Notes under the pieces: model-generated
Seen by the model: the letters and a program-made list of their open reading frames with translations, nothing else
What the model was told of the DNA's origin: nothing
Databases searched by the model: none
Part shown: positions 34,760 through 46,791 of the stretch, one piece after another
Layout of the letters: every line of letters begins with the position of its first letter
How positions within the stretch are numbered: position 1 is the stretch's first letter
Assembly (NCBI GenBank): GCA_973895155.1
Contig: OZ316891.1
Coordinates: 32,189,208-32,253,207, forward strand
Direction of reading: 5' to 3'
DNA from: Marsupella aquatica
Lineage: Eukaryota; Plantae; Marchantiophyta
Length of the DNA: 64,000 bases
Program-made: the position numbers and the translations under genes

Positions 34760-37700
34760 CTACTTGTGATGCAATTGCAAAACCTGCAATACGTCACGGT
34801 GTCTAGAGAAACTCTCCAAAGGAATCACTTTGGTAAATGCGTCAGCCGGGTTGAGTTTACCATCAATCTTGACTAGCTCAAACAAATTATCAGACACAGT
34901 CTGCCTGATAAAATAGTACCTGACGTCAATGTGCTTCACTTTGCTGTCCATCACCTGGTTCACAGCAAGGTGGAGCGCACTTTGACTATCACAATGGAGC
35001 TTCACATTCCCCTGTGGCAATCCCATTTCAGTGATAAGTCTATCCAACCAAATCGCTTCCTTTGCTGCTTCCGCAGCTGCAACATACTCCGCTTCTGTAG
35101 TAGACTGAGCAATACACTTCTGCAAAGTAGACCTCCAACTTATGCATCCACCGCCAAGTGTGAACACGTATCCTGTTGTTGATCTCCTTCGGTCCAAATC
35201 TTGTCCATAGTCAGAATCTACATAGCCAATCAATGATCTAGCATTCTTTGCATTCGCATCAAATAAAAGACCATGATCCACGGTACCCTTCAAGTACCTG
35301 ATAATCCACTTCACTGCTTCCCAGTGTACCTTCCCTGGATTCGACATGTACCTGCTCACCTTGCCCATAGCCATGGCAAGATCAGGTCTAGTGCAAGTCA
35401 TCAAATACATGAGACTCCCCACTGCCTTGTCATATGGAACCTTTGACATCAACCCCTTCTCTGTGTCATCCGTAGAACAGAACGCTGATGATAACTTGAA
35501 GTGTGGAGCCAACGGGGTACTTACTGGCTTGCTATTCTCCATGTTGAACCTTGCAATTACCTTCCTCGCATAACTGCTCTGCGTCAACCATAGCTTGCCA
35601 GCCTCCAAGTCCCTAGTGATCTTCATACCCAAAATCCTCTTAGCTGGCCCTAAGTCCTTCATCTTAAACTCTGCACTAAGCAGTGCCTTGAGCTTAACAA
35701 TCTCAGACCTATCCTTGGCTGCAATTAGCATGTCATCCACATAAAGTACTAAAACAATGAACCCAAAGACAACATTCTTCACCGGTTTCAAATACACACA
35801 AGGGTCAAATACACTTCTGTGAAAACCTTGTGACCGAATCCAATTGTCAAACCGCTTGTTCCACTGTCTTGGTGACTGCTTCAACCCATACAAGGATTTC
35901 AGCAATCTGCAAACCAATTCCTCCTATCCTCTCTTCACAAAACCTAGCGGTTGTCTCATGAAGATCACCTCTTCCAATGTGCCATAGAGGAAAGCTGTGA
36001 CAACATCCATCTGATCTAGGAGCAGACCAAACATTACAACAAGTACACACAATAGTCGTATTGTAGAGTACTTAGCAACTGGTGAGAAGACCTCATTGTA
36101 ATCCACACCTTTCTCTTGTGTGAATCCCTTTGCTACCAATCTAGCCTTGTAGACCTTCGATCCACCTCCTATGGAATTATCCTTCAGCTTGTAAATCCAC
36201 TTGCTGTCCACCACTTGCTGACCCTTAGGCAGCTTAACAAGCTCCCAAGTTTTGTTGTCCTTTAGTGACTGCATCTCCGTTTGCATTCCTGCAGTCCACT
36301 TCTGCTTCTCTTTTGAAGCACTTGCCTCATGAAATGAAGAAGGTTCTCCTTCTTCCAAAATTAACGCATCACCCTCATCATCAGTTGTAAAATCATCCTC
36401 TTGCAGTTGAGATGAATCAACCCACTGTCCATACCTTGATGGAGCGCGTACAGTGCGACCAGATGTTCTTCTAGCCGATGACTCCGGTTGATCTGCGTGT
36501 GCTGGTACAATTTGAAGCTCAACAGCATCCACTTGTTGCTCACCAGCATCAACAAACTCCTCTGGTTCCTCTGGCACAGGAACCAGCTCCATAATTGGAG
36601 CAACTCCTTCTCTCCGGTCATGCACCTCATAACCAATCTCCCCCTCAACGAGATCCGGGATAGGAGATTTTCCTTTGTCAGTACGGGAGATCTGAGTATT
36701 CTCCCCCTCCTTCAATAATCTGGATTCATTGAAGGAAACATCCCTACTGACAACGAGCTTACAGGCAATAGGATCCCATAGCCTATAGGCTTTCACACCA
36801 CTCTGGTACCCAAGAAAAACACATTTCCTGGAGGTAGGATCCAACTTGGTCCTATTCTGCTTTGGTGTGAGAGCATATGCATCACTTCCAAAAATTACCA
36901 AGCCATGATAGTCTGCTTGCCGCTTATAGCGCATCTCAAACGGCGTTTTGAAATTGATAGCACTAGAAGGAGAAAGATTTACCAAATAAGCTGCGGTATT
37001 GACAGCTTCTGCCCAAAATTCTTGTGGTAAACCTGATTGGCTCAACATACTCCGTGACCGCTCCAACAGTGTCCGATTGAGCCTCTCAGCGACACCATTC
37101 TGCTGCGGAGTATAAACTATGGTGAGATGGCGAGTTATCCCCTGTTCTGAACAGTACTCTTCAAATTCCATTGAAGTGTACTCCCCGCCGTTGTCTGACC
37201 TCAAACTCTTCACCCTTGTATCCAAACACTTGATCGTGTTTCCAGTCTGATTCTCCACCTGGGCCTTCCATTTCTTAAAAATGGACAAGACATCAGACTT
37301 ATGCGTCATGAAATAAATCCACACAAATCTTGAGTAATCATCAATAAATGATACATAGTACAACTTTCCAGAGTGTGAGGGAGTCGGGGATGGACCCCAC
37401 ACGTCACTATGTATGTACTCAAGAACCGCTTTGGAACGATGAGTTCCAACACCAAAAGCACGACGATGCTGCTTTCCAAGAATGCAATGCTCACAAAACT
37501 CTAATTTACAAGATTGCAAATCAGAAATGAGTCCATTCTTCCGTAAGATAGCCAAACCCTTCTCACTCATGTGGCCTAGCCGTGAATGCCACAGTTGAGT
37601 CATCTCCTCGTGAGACTTGGTTACATTGGCCTCTCCACATACAGTATTGCCCTGTAACACATACAAATTCTTTTGTCTACTCCCCTTCAAAATCACTGTC

Positions 37701-38032
37701 TCTCCCGACCTGACTTGAAGTTCACCATCAATAACGCTCCATTGATGACCATTTGAATCCAACACACCGAGTGAAATCAGATTCTTACGCATGCCAGGTA
37801 CATACCTGACTCCGGACACTGTGCGCACAGCGCCATCAAACATTTGAATCTTCACAAACCCAATTCCCTCAATTTGACAGGAGTGATCATTTCCCATCAG
37901 AACTGAACCGTTTGAAATAGAGTAAGAACTGAAAAACTCACGAATGTAACAAATATGAAAAGAGCAAGCACAATCAAGAATCCACACATCATCTGCTCTC
38001 CTAGATGACGTGCACAGGGCATACCCCCGGCT
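34760..38032 (-). CDS. Copia pol (protease, integrase, RT, RNase H) with an in-frame TAG at 35924-35926
   Basis: WILDCACSFHI, LRSDNGGEY, QQNGVAERLNRTL, YKARLVAKGF, LVLYVDDML, KHIDVRY. ORFs 35924-37987 and 34760-35917 are in the same frame. Confidence 0.95.
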
Positions 38033-39067
38033 TCATAAAACATACTCATCATTGAGTAAATCAGCTTCTCCATCAGCCCTAGCCACATTTGCCGATGAAG
38101 TTTCCGCTGCCTTTCCCTTACAGTCTCGCTTGAAGTGTCCAACTTGGTTGCACTTCCAACATGTCACCTGCCTCCTCTGAGGGGATTTACCCTTGGACTT
38201 AGATCTGGATTTAGATCTAAACTGGGTTCTACGGTCCCCAGTTGGTCGCTGCATACTCCTCCCACGGTTAACATTGAGGGCAGCACCAGATGATGAAGGC
38301 TGTGACGTGATGTGCATCTTCTGCTGAAGATCATCACTAAGCAGAGAACTTACCACGTCATTGTATGAAATGGTATCCCTATCACGATGCAACAACACTC
38401 GTGATAGGGACTGGTAAGATGGAGGCAATGAACTAAGAAGCTGCAGAGCCTTCGTCTCATCATTCAAAGTCTCCCCAAGGTTTTCCAAGTCAACGACCAT
38501 GTCGTTGAAAGCATCCACATGGTCTTGCAACTTCGTACCAGATTCCTTCATCCTGAAACTCATCAGTTTGTAGGAAGTGTAGAGCCGGTTCGACAACTCC
38601 TTGCGGTGATACTTGCTCTGCAATTCCGCAAATAAGGACATGCAATCCTTATGTGCACCCAACTGCTTGATGATGGGAGGCATGAGATAGAGTGTAACAC
38701 ACCACACTCCCTGCTCCTGCATGCGGTCCCATTGTTTCTCATCAACATCGTCTTCACGAGGGCTCAGCAGTTGGCCCATCCCTGACGCATAAAGCACTCC
38801 CTTCACCTGCTTCTCCCATAGCAAGTAGTCAGAGCGCCCATCATACTTTGTCACTTCATACTTGGGTCCCCCAAGCTTGAAAGTCCCCATCTTCTTCTTT
38901 ACCGTGAGCTCCGGTAGTAGTACTGCTTCCTCCACCACACGCCGCACCGGTGATGGTATCGGTGTCACGTGCTCTTCCTCCTGCTCCTCTCTCTGCCCCT
39001 GAAACCTCCGCGGTGACCCTCGTGCTTCAAGTTCCACGTCTTCGAAAAACTCCTCCGAATCACTCAT
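38033..39067 (-). CDS. Copia gag
   Basis: 344 aa with LLSSLPPSY and zinc knuckle CWKCNQVGHFKRDC. Confidence 0.93.
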   Translation of the reverse strand: MSDSEEFFEDVELEARGSPRRFQGQREEQEEEHVTPIPSPVRRVVEEAVLLPELTVKKKMGTFKLGGPKYEVTKYDGRSDYLLWEKQVKGVLYASGMGQLLSPREDDVDEKQWDRMQEQGVWCVTLYLMPPIIKQLGAHKDCMSLFAELQSKYHRKELSNRLYTSYKLMSFRMKESGTKLQDHVDAFNDMVVDLENLGETLNDETKALQLLSSLPPSYQSLSRVLLHRDRDTISYNDVVSSLLSDDLQQKMHITSQPSSSGAALNVNRGRSMQRPTGDRRTQFRSKSRSKSKGKSPQRRQVTCWKCNQVGHFKRDCKGKAAETSSANVARADGEADLLNDEYVL

Positions 39068-40642
39068 ATGAGAAAGTCACAAAAAATGTTGTTTTTCACA
39101 ACTTCTCAAAAAACTCGAAACTCAACACCGCCGCGTAGCCCACAAAGCTAGGAGTCCAATACTGAAAACCGAAATCAAAATCGAAATTTGACGGAAAAGT
39201 TATTCAAATTTCGGTCGAGGTGGGTAAAACCTTGGGAAACTCCCCCGTTTTGACCACCTCAGGGAATAACCGAAATACCAAGTACAACCCGTTGTCGGAA
39301 TTGCGATGTGATTGGTGCGCTGCATTGCCAACTTCAATGGCTACGACCTCGCCGAAAAATAACCAAAAAAGTTACCGTTCGGCGGATGAAATCTTTGTCG
39401 GACGGTCAAAAAATAGCTCTCTGGTTTTTTGGAATATTCTATGACCCTTGTACAGGCCCTGTGGGAATTTTGGAAGAACAATCGAGGGGCTGACATGTGT
39501 CCTCGAACCCCCAAAACCCCCTACCACCCTTCGTCGTCGAAATCTGGTCGCGCGCGCAGAAAATACACACGGCAGAATGTACCCCTCGACACCAAACGCA
39601 AGATATCTCACTCGGGTTTTGACGAAATCAAGATCCGATTTCAGATTTGGAAACTAGACTCCGAGGCGATGAAGATCGATATAAGAAGCACCCAAAACGA
39701 GGAAAGAACGAGGGAGAAAAAAATTGGTAAAGATGACAGATTTCTCTCAATTGCCATAGCCAATTTCGAATCAGTTTTTCAAAGAGAAAAAAATGGTACC
39801 TTGTCAACAACGAATGTTGATCAATTGCACTTGGTGCCGTCACCAAGTCCAACAAGGTAATTGATTTTGCTTAGCCTTCCTCTTTGCATCAAAGAGCCAA
39901 TCCCGGACTCAAAAACAATCGTCTTGCCTCAATCTCTCCGTTGAGTCAAAACACTTGACGCTTCTCCCTCCGAGTCGATTGCCAACTTTCTTCACAAAAT
40001 CCAGAACAACGAAAACTTAGATCTCTCTGCACCACGAGCTCCGTTCAACGATTTCTTCACACCGTTAGAAAGCTCTTGCCCTGATCTATCCGTTGAGCCC
40101 ATAAACTCCAAGTTCCATGCGATGGAACTCTGGATAATCCACCAACACTCAACGCTGGAAAAACCGTCATGAAATCCCGTCACGAACACACGTCACCTCC
40201 CAAGCATGCTCTGATACCAATTGTTGAGCATAGACGACGATCGCAACGGCAAGCCCATGAACCATCCAACGCACAATAGTCGACACAAGAGATACGTGGT
40301 TCACCTCCTTGAGGCTACGTCCACGGGAACACACAAGAGAGCTTTACTGAACTCTAAGCCCGTCGGCTATACCGAGTCTCCACAGTGTAAGCTCTCCCTA
40401 TCTCTCAAGTGGCTCCATAACAATGAGCCTTGGTTCTACCTCTCCAAGCACACATGCCTCTTATGATATAGTGTGCAACTTAGTTGTACCTAACCACATA
40501 GTTGTACCTAATCACGTAGTTGTACCTAACCACATAGTTGTACCTAATCACGTAGTTGTACCTAACCACGTAGTTGTACCAACCCACGTTGTTGTACCAA
40601 CCACGTCATACCTAACCTAGACGTAAGAGTAAATACCCAACA

Positions 40643-43600
40643 ATAATGGATGCGAACTGGATATACCTCTCCCGTAATGTTGGCCAATTGTACGGAGCCA
40701 TTGGGGAACATCATGGTTACTCTAAAGGGTCCTAACTAGCGAGTGTAAAGCTTTCCTGGAAATCTACTATACCTACTGTCATAAAGTAGCACAAGATCAC
40801 CGGTATGAATACTAACTACTTTTAACCTTTTATCATACTGCTGCTTCATGATATTCTGTCTATATTCTACTCTCTCGGCTGAAATCATTCTCGCTTCCTC
40901 TAAAGCTTCTAACCTATATTCTCGCTCCTTTAGGCTCTCCTCCGCTGAGGCTCTTTCCTCAATTGTAACTTGAAATGTCGGTATCTCAAGTTGCATGGGT
41001 ACCAGTGCTTCTTGTCCAAAGGTTAAGAAGAAGGGTGTATGACCGGTAGTGGATTTATAGGCAAGATTGTAAGCAAAAACAGCAGCAAACAATTTATCAT
41101 CCCAATCGAGTTTGTTCTGAGCTACTGTCTTGTTCAATATCTTTCCTATGATTCCGTTTGCTCGTTCTGTCAACCCGTTTGCCTTTGGATGGTAGGGAGT
41201 AGTAGGCCTATGTTTAACTAAATACTGCTCATTTAAACGACTAATTATATCATTCAAAAAATGGGTTCCTCTATCACTAACTAATTCTAGGGGTGCTCCA
41301 TACCTGGTGAAGATCTGCTCATACATGAATCTAGCCGTAGTAATTGCATCATCCTTCGTTGTTGGTCTGGCCTCTACCCATTTAGTTGCATAATCCGTAG
41401 CCAGGATTATGTACTTGTTCCGTCGAGGGTGGGTCAGTGGTTTCAGAGGTCCAATGTAATCAATACCCCACTTCTCGAATGGTGCCAGAGGTAGAATAGG
41501 GTGCAGTGGATGCCTGGTGGACGCCCTTGGTCCTCCCGCTCATTGACAAGGATCGCATTGTTTGATAAACTGATAGACATCTTTGTGCAAGGTGGGCCAC
41601 CAGTAACCGGCATTTAATATCTTCTTAGACGTGGTTACTGGGGCAAAATGTCCTCCGGCCTCCTCTCCATGCATGGCCCGTAGGACTCGTTTTACCTCTC
41701 TCTTTTCCAAACATCTTTGAATCGTGCCGTTGATTCCATGCTTGTGCAGTATGCCTTTAATGCACTGATACTGTCTGACCTTCCGCACAAAGACTGCGGC
41801 TTGCTCTCGGCTTAATCCTGGCTGTAATCTGGAAGTGCTGAGAAATTGTAAAATCTTAGGGTACCATGTATCAGCTATTTCCACAACGAATAGCTCCTCG
41901 TCAGGGAATCGATCATCGATGCAATCCGTGGCAGGTTTACCTGTGATCCTTGAAAAGAAGTCGGCATTGGCATGTAACTTTCCCGGCTTGATCCTCAGCT
42001 CATAGTCAAACTCCTGTAATAGCAAAATCCATCTTGCTACTCTGCCTGTAAGGTCCGGCTTATTGACTAGGTACTTCAAACTTTCATGATCAGTATGAAA
42101 GATTACCTTGTACCCTAGTAAATAATGCCTAAACTTTTTACAAGAATAAATGACTCCTAATGCTTCTCTTTCCGTGGTAGAGTAGTTCCGTTTGGCATCG
42201 GCAAGCTGACGGCTTGCGAAGTATATGGGATGGTCCCTTCCTTTCTCATCCAACTGACTTAGTACTGAGCCAATACAGAAGCCCGAGACATCTACAAAAA
42301 CATGAAAATCTTTGTTCCAGTCCGGTGCTATCATGACTGGGGCCTCTACTAACATCTGCTTCAATTCTACCACCGCTGTGACTCGTTCGGGTGTGGGTTC
42401 GAAGTCTGCTCCTGCCTTGAGCATATTGGTTAATGGTAAAGCCAGCTTGGCAAAATCCTTGATGAACCGGCGATAGTAACCAATGCATCCCAAGAAGGAT
42501 CTTACATCCTTTATGTTCTTAGGCTGCATGATATCTAGCCATACTGCTAGCTTACCTTTGTCAATCTCAATGCCCTTCCTTGATACCTTGTGACCTAGTA
42601 GCACCCCCTCGGTTACTGCAAAAAAACATTTATCTGGGTGTAACTTGAGACCCACCTCTCTACATCTCATGAAGGTTTTCCTGAGGTATTTAGCATGTTT
42701 CGATGCCTTCCCGAATACTGCAAAGTCATCAATGAAGATTTCCATGAACTTTCTCAAGTAATCATGAAAAATGTTCACCATTAATCGTTGGAACATAGCT
42801 GGTGCGTTGCAGAGTCCAAACGGCATACGATTGAAGACATAGATCCCCCATTCCGTGATGAAGGCCGTCTTGATCTGGTCTTCCTACCGAATCCTGATTT
42901 GGTTATAACCAGAGTATCCATCCATGAATGAATATAGTTCATGACTGGCTACCATGTCTAGTACCATATCAGTAAACGGTAAAGGAAAATGGTCTTTTAA
43001 TGTTGCTTCATTCAGCTTCCTGTAATCCTGACAAACCCGGATCTTGGGTTTACCATCGGGTCCAGCTTTCTTGGGAACTATCACAATTGGAGACACCCAG
43101 TCTGAATGCAGGACTGGAGTGATGAATCCAGCTTCCACTAGTTTGTCGATTTCCGTTTTGACCAGCAGGGAATACTTCGGGTTCATCCTTCGAATTGGTT
43201 GTCAAAATGATTTGGCTCCTAACATGAGATCAATTCGATGTTCCCCTAGTGTTGGATCTACTCCCTTTAGATCTTGGTGACTCCATGCAAACACATCCTG
43301 AAATTCAATCAATAAGTCACTGATCTCTTTCTCGAGCTCAGGTGCTAGGTTTCTCCCTAAGTTCAGTTCTCTTCCCTCTCCTAAGTCGAGCTTCCGATAT
43401 TGCCGTGCTTGGATCATATTAATCTGCTTCTTCAAATTCGGGTCCAGTTCGGCTTCCAGTCTCTCTAATCTCATACCTCCATAAACTGGGATCTCGGCTG
43501 GACTAGCCGAGTCGGTCCCTTCCTTGGTGTCCATAGATTGTCCCCTTACCGGTCTATTCGGTTTTGAATTAGTGGTCGGCTCCCCTTCCTGCCTTGGCTC

Positions 43601-46600
43601 TAGATCGTGTCTGTCCATCTCATCCACCTCTTGCTCCTGAGAGTTAGGCCGCTGTGCTCTCTCGGCTTCTAATAGGGCCTCAATTTGTTCTGCCCTCGTA
43701 ATCGGCTTGTATGCCGATCCCTTGGTATTTAATTCCTTGCCGATGATCGATGGCGTTGTGGACCCCGTCGGCTCTGCCACAACGCCTGCAGAAAATCCAC
43801 TGTCCCTGCTACTGCTCCCCACTTAGCCGTTTCATCCAATTGGTCTACATCCTTTACTTCCTCCGGAATTGCAGCTAAAAAGGTGGATTCTATTGTAAAG
43901 CAGTCCTCGACCTCTTCGTCTTCTTCTTCCAAGTCACCTTCCATTGGTTCTTGCCATAATCCGCTGGGGGGTACCTCTGGTCCAAAGACACCTTCTTCGG
44001 TTAGGTTAGTGAGGCATTCTAACCAACGTACTTCATCGGCTGACTCCAGTCCACTGTCGTACCCATCTACTTCCCTTATGCTTTTCCTACGGTCATCCTT
44101 AGTGTCCCAGGATACCGTGATAGAGGGGGTCCCGAAAGTGAACTACTTTTTACCCCAATCTTCTATTACCTCGGCTAGGTACAGCCATGGCCTACCAATC
44201 AATAGCCGGAATGACGTAGGATTTACCGGCTTCATTACTACATAGTTAATGCTAAAGAAGATACCTCCTATCTCTGTCTTGATGCCGGTTAACACTCCCG
44301 TCGGAATGACCTGATATCCATTGGCCATGTTCAACACTCTTCCAGTCATCTCCGGTGTTAGACCCCACCCTTTTGCTGTTGAATCAATCATAATACATAC
44401 CCCTGATCCTCCATCGATGGGTACCCGTAGTAATAATTCTCCTTGAATCATTAATGGTAATGCTGGGGCTCCTTGATCTTCTTCTATCATTAGTACGTCG
44501 GATCTGGTTGCTACCTTGGGTAATCTCGGCTTGCCGAGAATAGCCTTCCTTAATTGCTTCCGGAAGTACGGGCTATTTTTCAATAGTTGACCTACTGTTG
44601 CCGAGACTCTAGATTCTAGTACATCTTTAGCCAGGTCATAGGGAACAATCGGCTTCTCTTCTGGTGGTGTTTCCGTCTTGGATTCGGCCAGTTTTGCCAC
44701 GCTAGTCTCCACAGCTGTTGGGTCTTCCGAAGCAAACAATGCTTTTGCTCGTTTTACATCCTTGGCAATGGCTTCGGTATTCTCCAGGGTTTCTAATTCT
44801 CTTAGTTGTTCCTTAACACTAGCCGTAACAGAGGGGTAGAACAACTTAGGATGATCTCGATTGAAGTCGCTATCTTGTGAAGGATTGGTTTCACTGGTGG
44901 GCTCATGGCTTACCTGTATTGCCGGAGCCCTCCCTTCTCCTTCTGTTGATGTTGACGAAGAGTCGATCCTTTCCTCCGTAACCTTCCCTTTATTTTTGGC
45001 CAGCCCATCCCACCTTTCCTTCCTTCTGGTAGATCGAGTAGAGACCCGGTAGCAATCATGATCTAAATCCTCCTCTGAGAAGGTTGATAGGGCTTCGGCC
45101 TCATCATCAGATGGTACGAACTCTGCCTCGGCATCCTCTTGCCATCCTAGTTCGATGTGGTTGATTTGAACTCCTCCGGGGGTAGTACCTGGCGGTAAGA
45201 TCTTGATCGGCAAAAGCTTATGATTTGCGGCCAGGCCTGCCAACCAAGTAGGACATTGCCCTAGCATATGACCTTCCTGTCGGCATCCCATACATAGCTG
45301 AGCTGGTTGTCCATCACCCTGTTTGCGTGCATTCGGGCATTCTCTAGCAAAATGGCCAGGTTGACCACAATTATAGCACGCCGCAAATCTTTGCACATTC
45401 GGCCTAGGAGGTACTGACGGGTTCTGAATAATCCGAGGATACATCTCTCCTGGATTGTTCCTTAACCCTGACCACAGAGATGCAGGTCTGTTGGATAGGT
45501 CTCATGCTCCAGTCTCACTGATGCCGAAAACACTATCAGCGGCATCTCCCAAAAAGTACTCTACTTCTCCCTGACATGGTCTGATCTCGGCCACATGCCG
45601 AACATGATTAGTATTAAGCTTAGGACACGCATCTTTATGGTGTCCGGTTTTATAACATAAGGCACACCATACAGAGCTATCCTCCTGTACTACCTTCTTC
45701 TTTGGTTTTACCTCTGCAATGATAGCCTTAAGTTGCTCGGTAAGGGCTACGATGTTATCTGGTGGCTTAGCCTCCATCTTGACTTTCGTCTTCCCTCTCC
45801 TTCTGCCCTTCCTTTTCCTAGTTTTTTCTTCTTCAGAACTAGAAGATGACTCACTCTTGCTACTCCCACTATCCGAGCTTGACTTATCACTTCTAGACTT
45901 CTTGGAATGTTTCTTCTTCTTATCTTTTTTCTTATGGGGTGATCCCTCCTCTGATGAGGAACTCTCAGACTTAAGCTGTTTCTTCCGGCTTGTGATATCT
46001 GCATTAATGTATAATTGAATATCCTTAATTGCTTCGGCTAAAGTCTCCGGGTTCTCCTTCCTAATTGCAAAACTCATCTTCTGTGGCAAAGCATTCACCA
46101 ACCATTGAAGTTGCATACCTTCAGATGCATTGGTCTTTGTACGTCTTACCAGTTTCTGAAAGCGTTGCAAGAACTTCCTGAAGGATTTGTTCTCCTTGAA
46201 CCGAAGTTGTCCCAACTTCAGCACTGCTAGTTCTGAGGTTCCAATGGGTCGAAACTCCTTAACAAAGAGTGTTTTGAAGATATCCCAGATGGCTTGATCT
46301 TCCACATCTAATGCTCTGTACCAAGGCCTAGCCTCACCCTTGAACAGGCCGGGAAGAATCTGCATCTTGATGGCCGATTCTCCATTTGCTGCAGCGGTTC
46401 CCTCGAAATCATCCAACCATTTGTCCGGATCCTCATCTCCTCTCCCATGAAATGCCTTGTAATGTATGCGCGACCGCTGGCTCAATCTGGTCCCTGGCCT
46501 CTCGTCTGGCCGTGCCTCTGGTTCCCCCATGTCGGTTGGAGACTCACTTCTCCTTACCGACTCTTCTTCTGGTATGTCTTCTTCGACGCCACTTCCAGTT

Positions 46601-46722
46601 TCGGAGCTACCAGCTCTTTCTGCCCCTCTCAGTCGCTGTGTATCATGCCACCCGGTGAGCTGCTGTAGTCAAGCTCTCTCCCGTTGAATCACTCTTTCTT
46701 CCCTCGGCGTAAGGTCAGTCAT
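40643..46722 (-). pseudogene. Family B gag-pol, broken by several stops
   Basis: gag 45502-46530, CYNCGQPGHFAREC, protease IDGGSG, RT WVSPIVIVPKK..DGYSGYNQI..FIDDF, RNase H, integrase. The last integrase codons resume at 34084-34147. Confidence 0.95.
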
Positions 46723-46768
46723 TACCTATGCTTCCGTTCTAACTTCATATCTCACGGCTTAAGAAATG

Positions 46769-46787
46769 CCCCCTCCATCTAGCGCCA
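46769..46787 (-). other. Primer-binding site of family B
   Basis: TGGCGCTAGATGGAGGGGG a few bases after the LTR CA end. Repeated at 29361-29379 and ~63211-63229. Cognate tRNA not identified. Confidence 0.8.
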
Positions 46788-46791
46788 AAAA

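Larger units (their letters stand above)
34148..40642 (-). mobile_element. Full-length young Ty1/copia element (Tork/Tnt1-like)
   Basis: 421-bp LTRs 34148-34568 and 40222-40642, identical by eye. TSD ATAAT at 34143-34147 and 40643-40647. tRNA-iMet PBS TGGTATCAGAGC 40208-40219; PPT next to 34569. Confidence 0.97.

Noticed and set aside
40643-43200. Assignment to Tat/Ogre or chromovirus
   Set aside because: No additional archaeal-type RNase H between RH and integrase, and no chromodomain after integrase.
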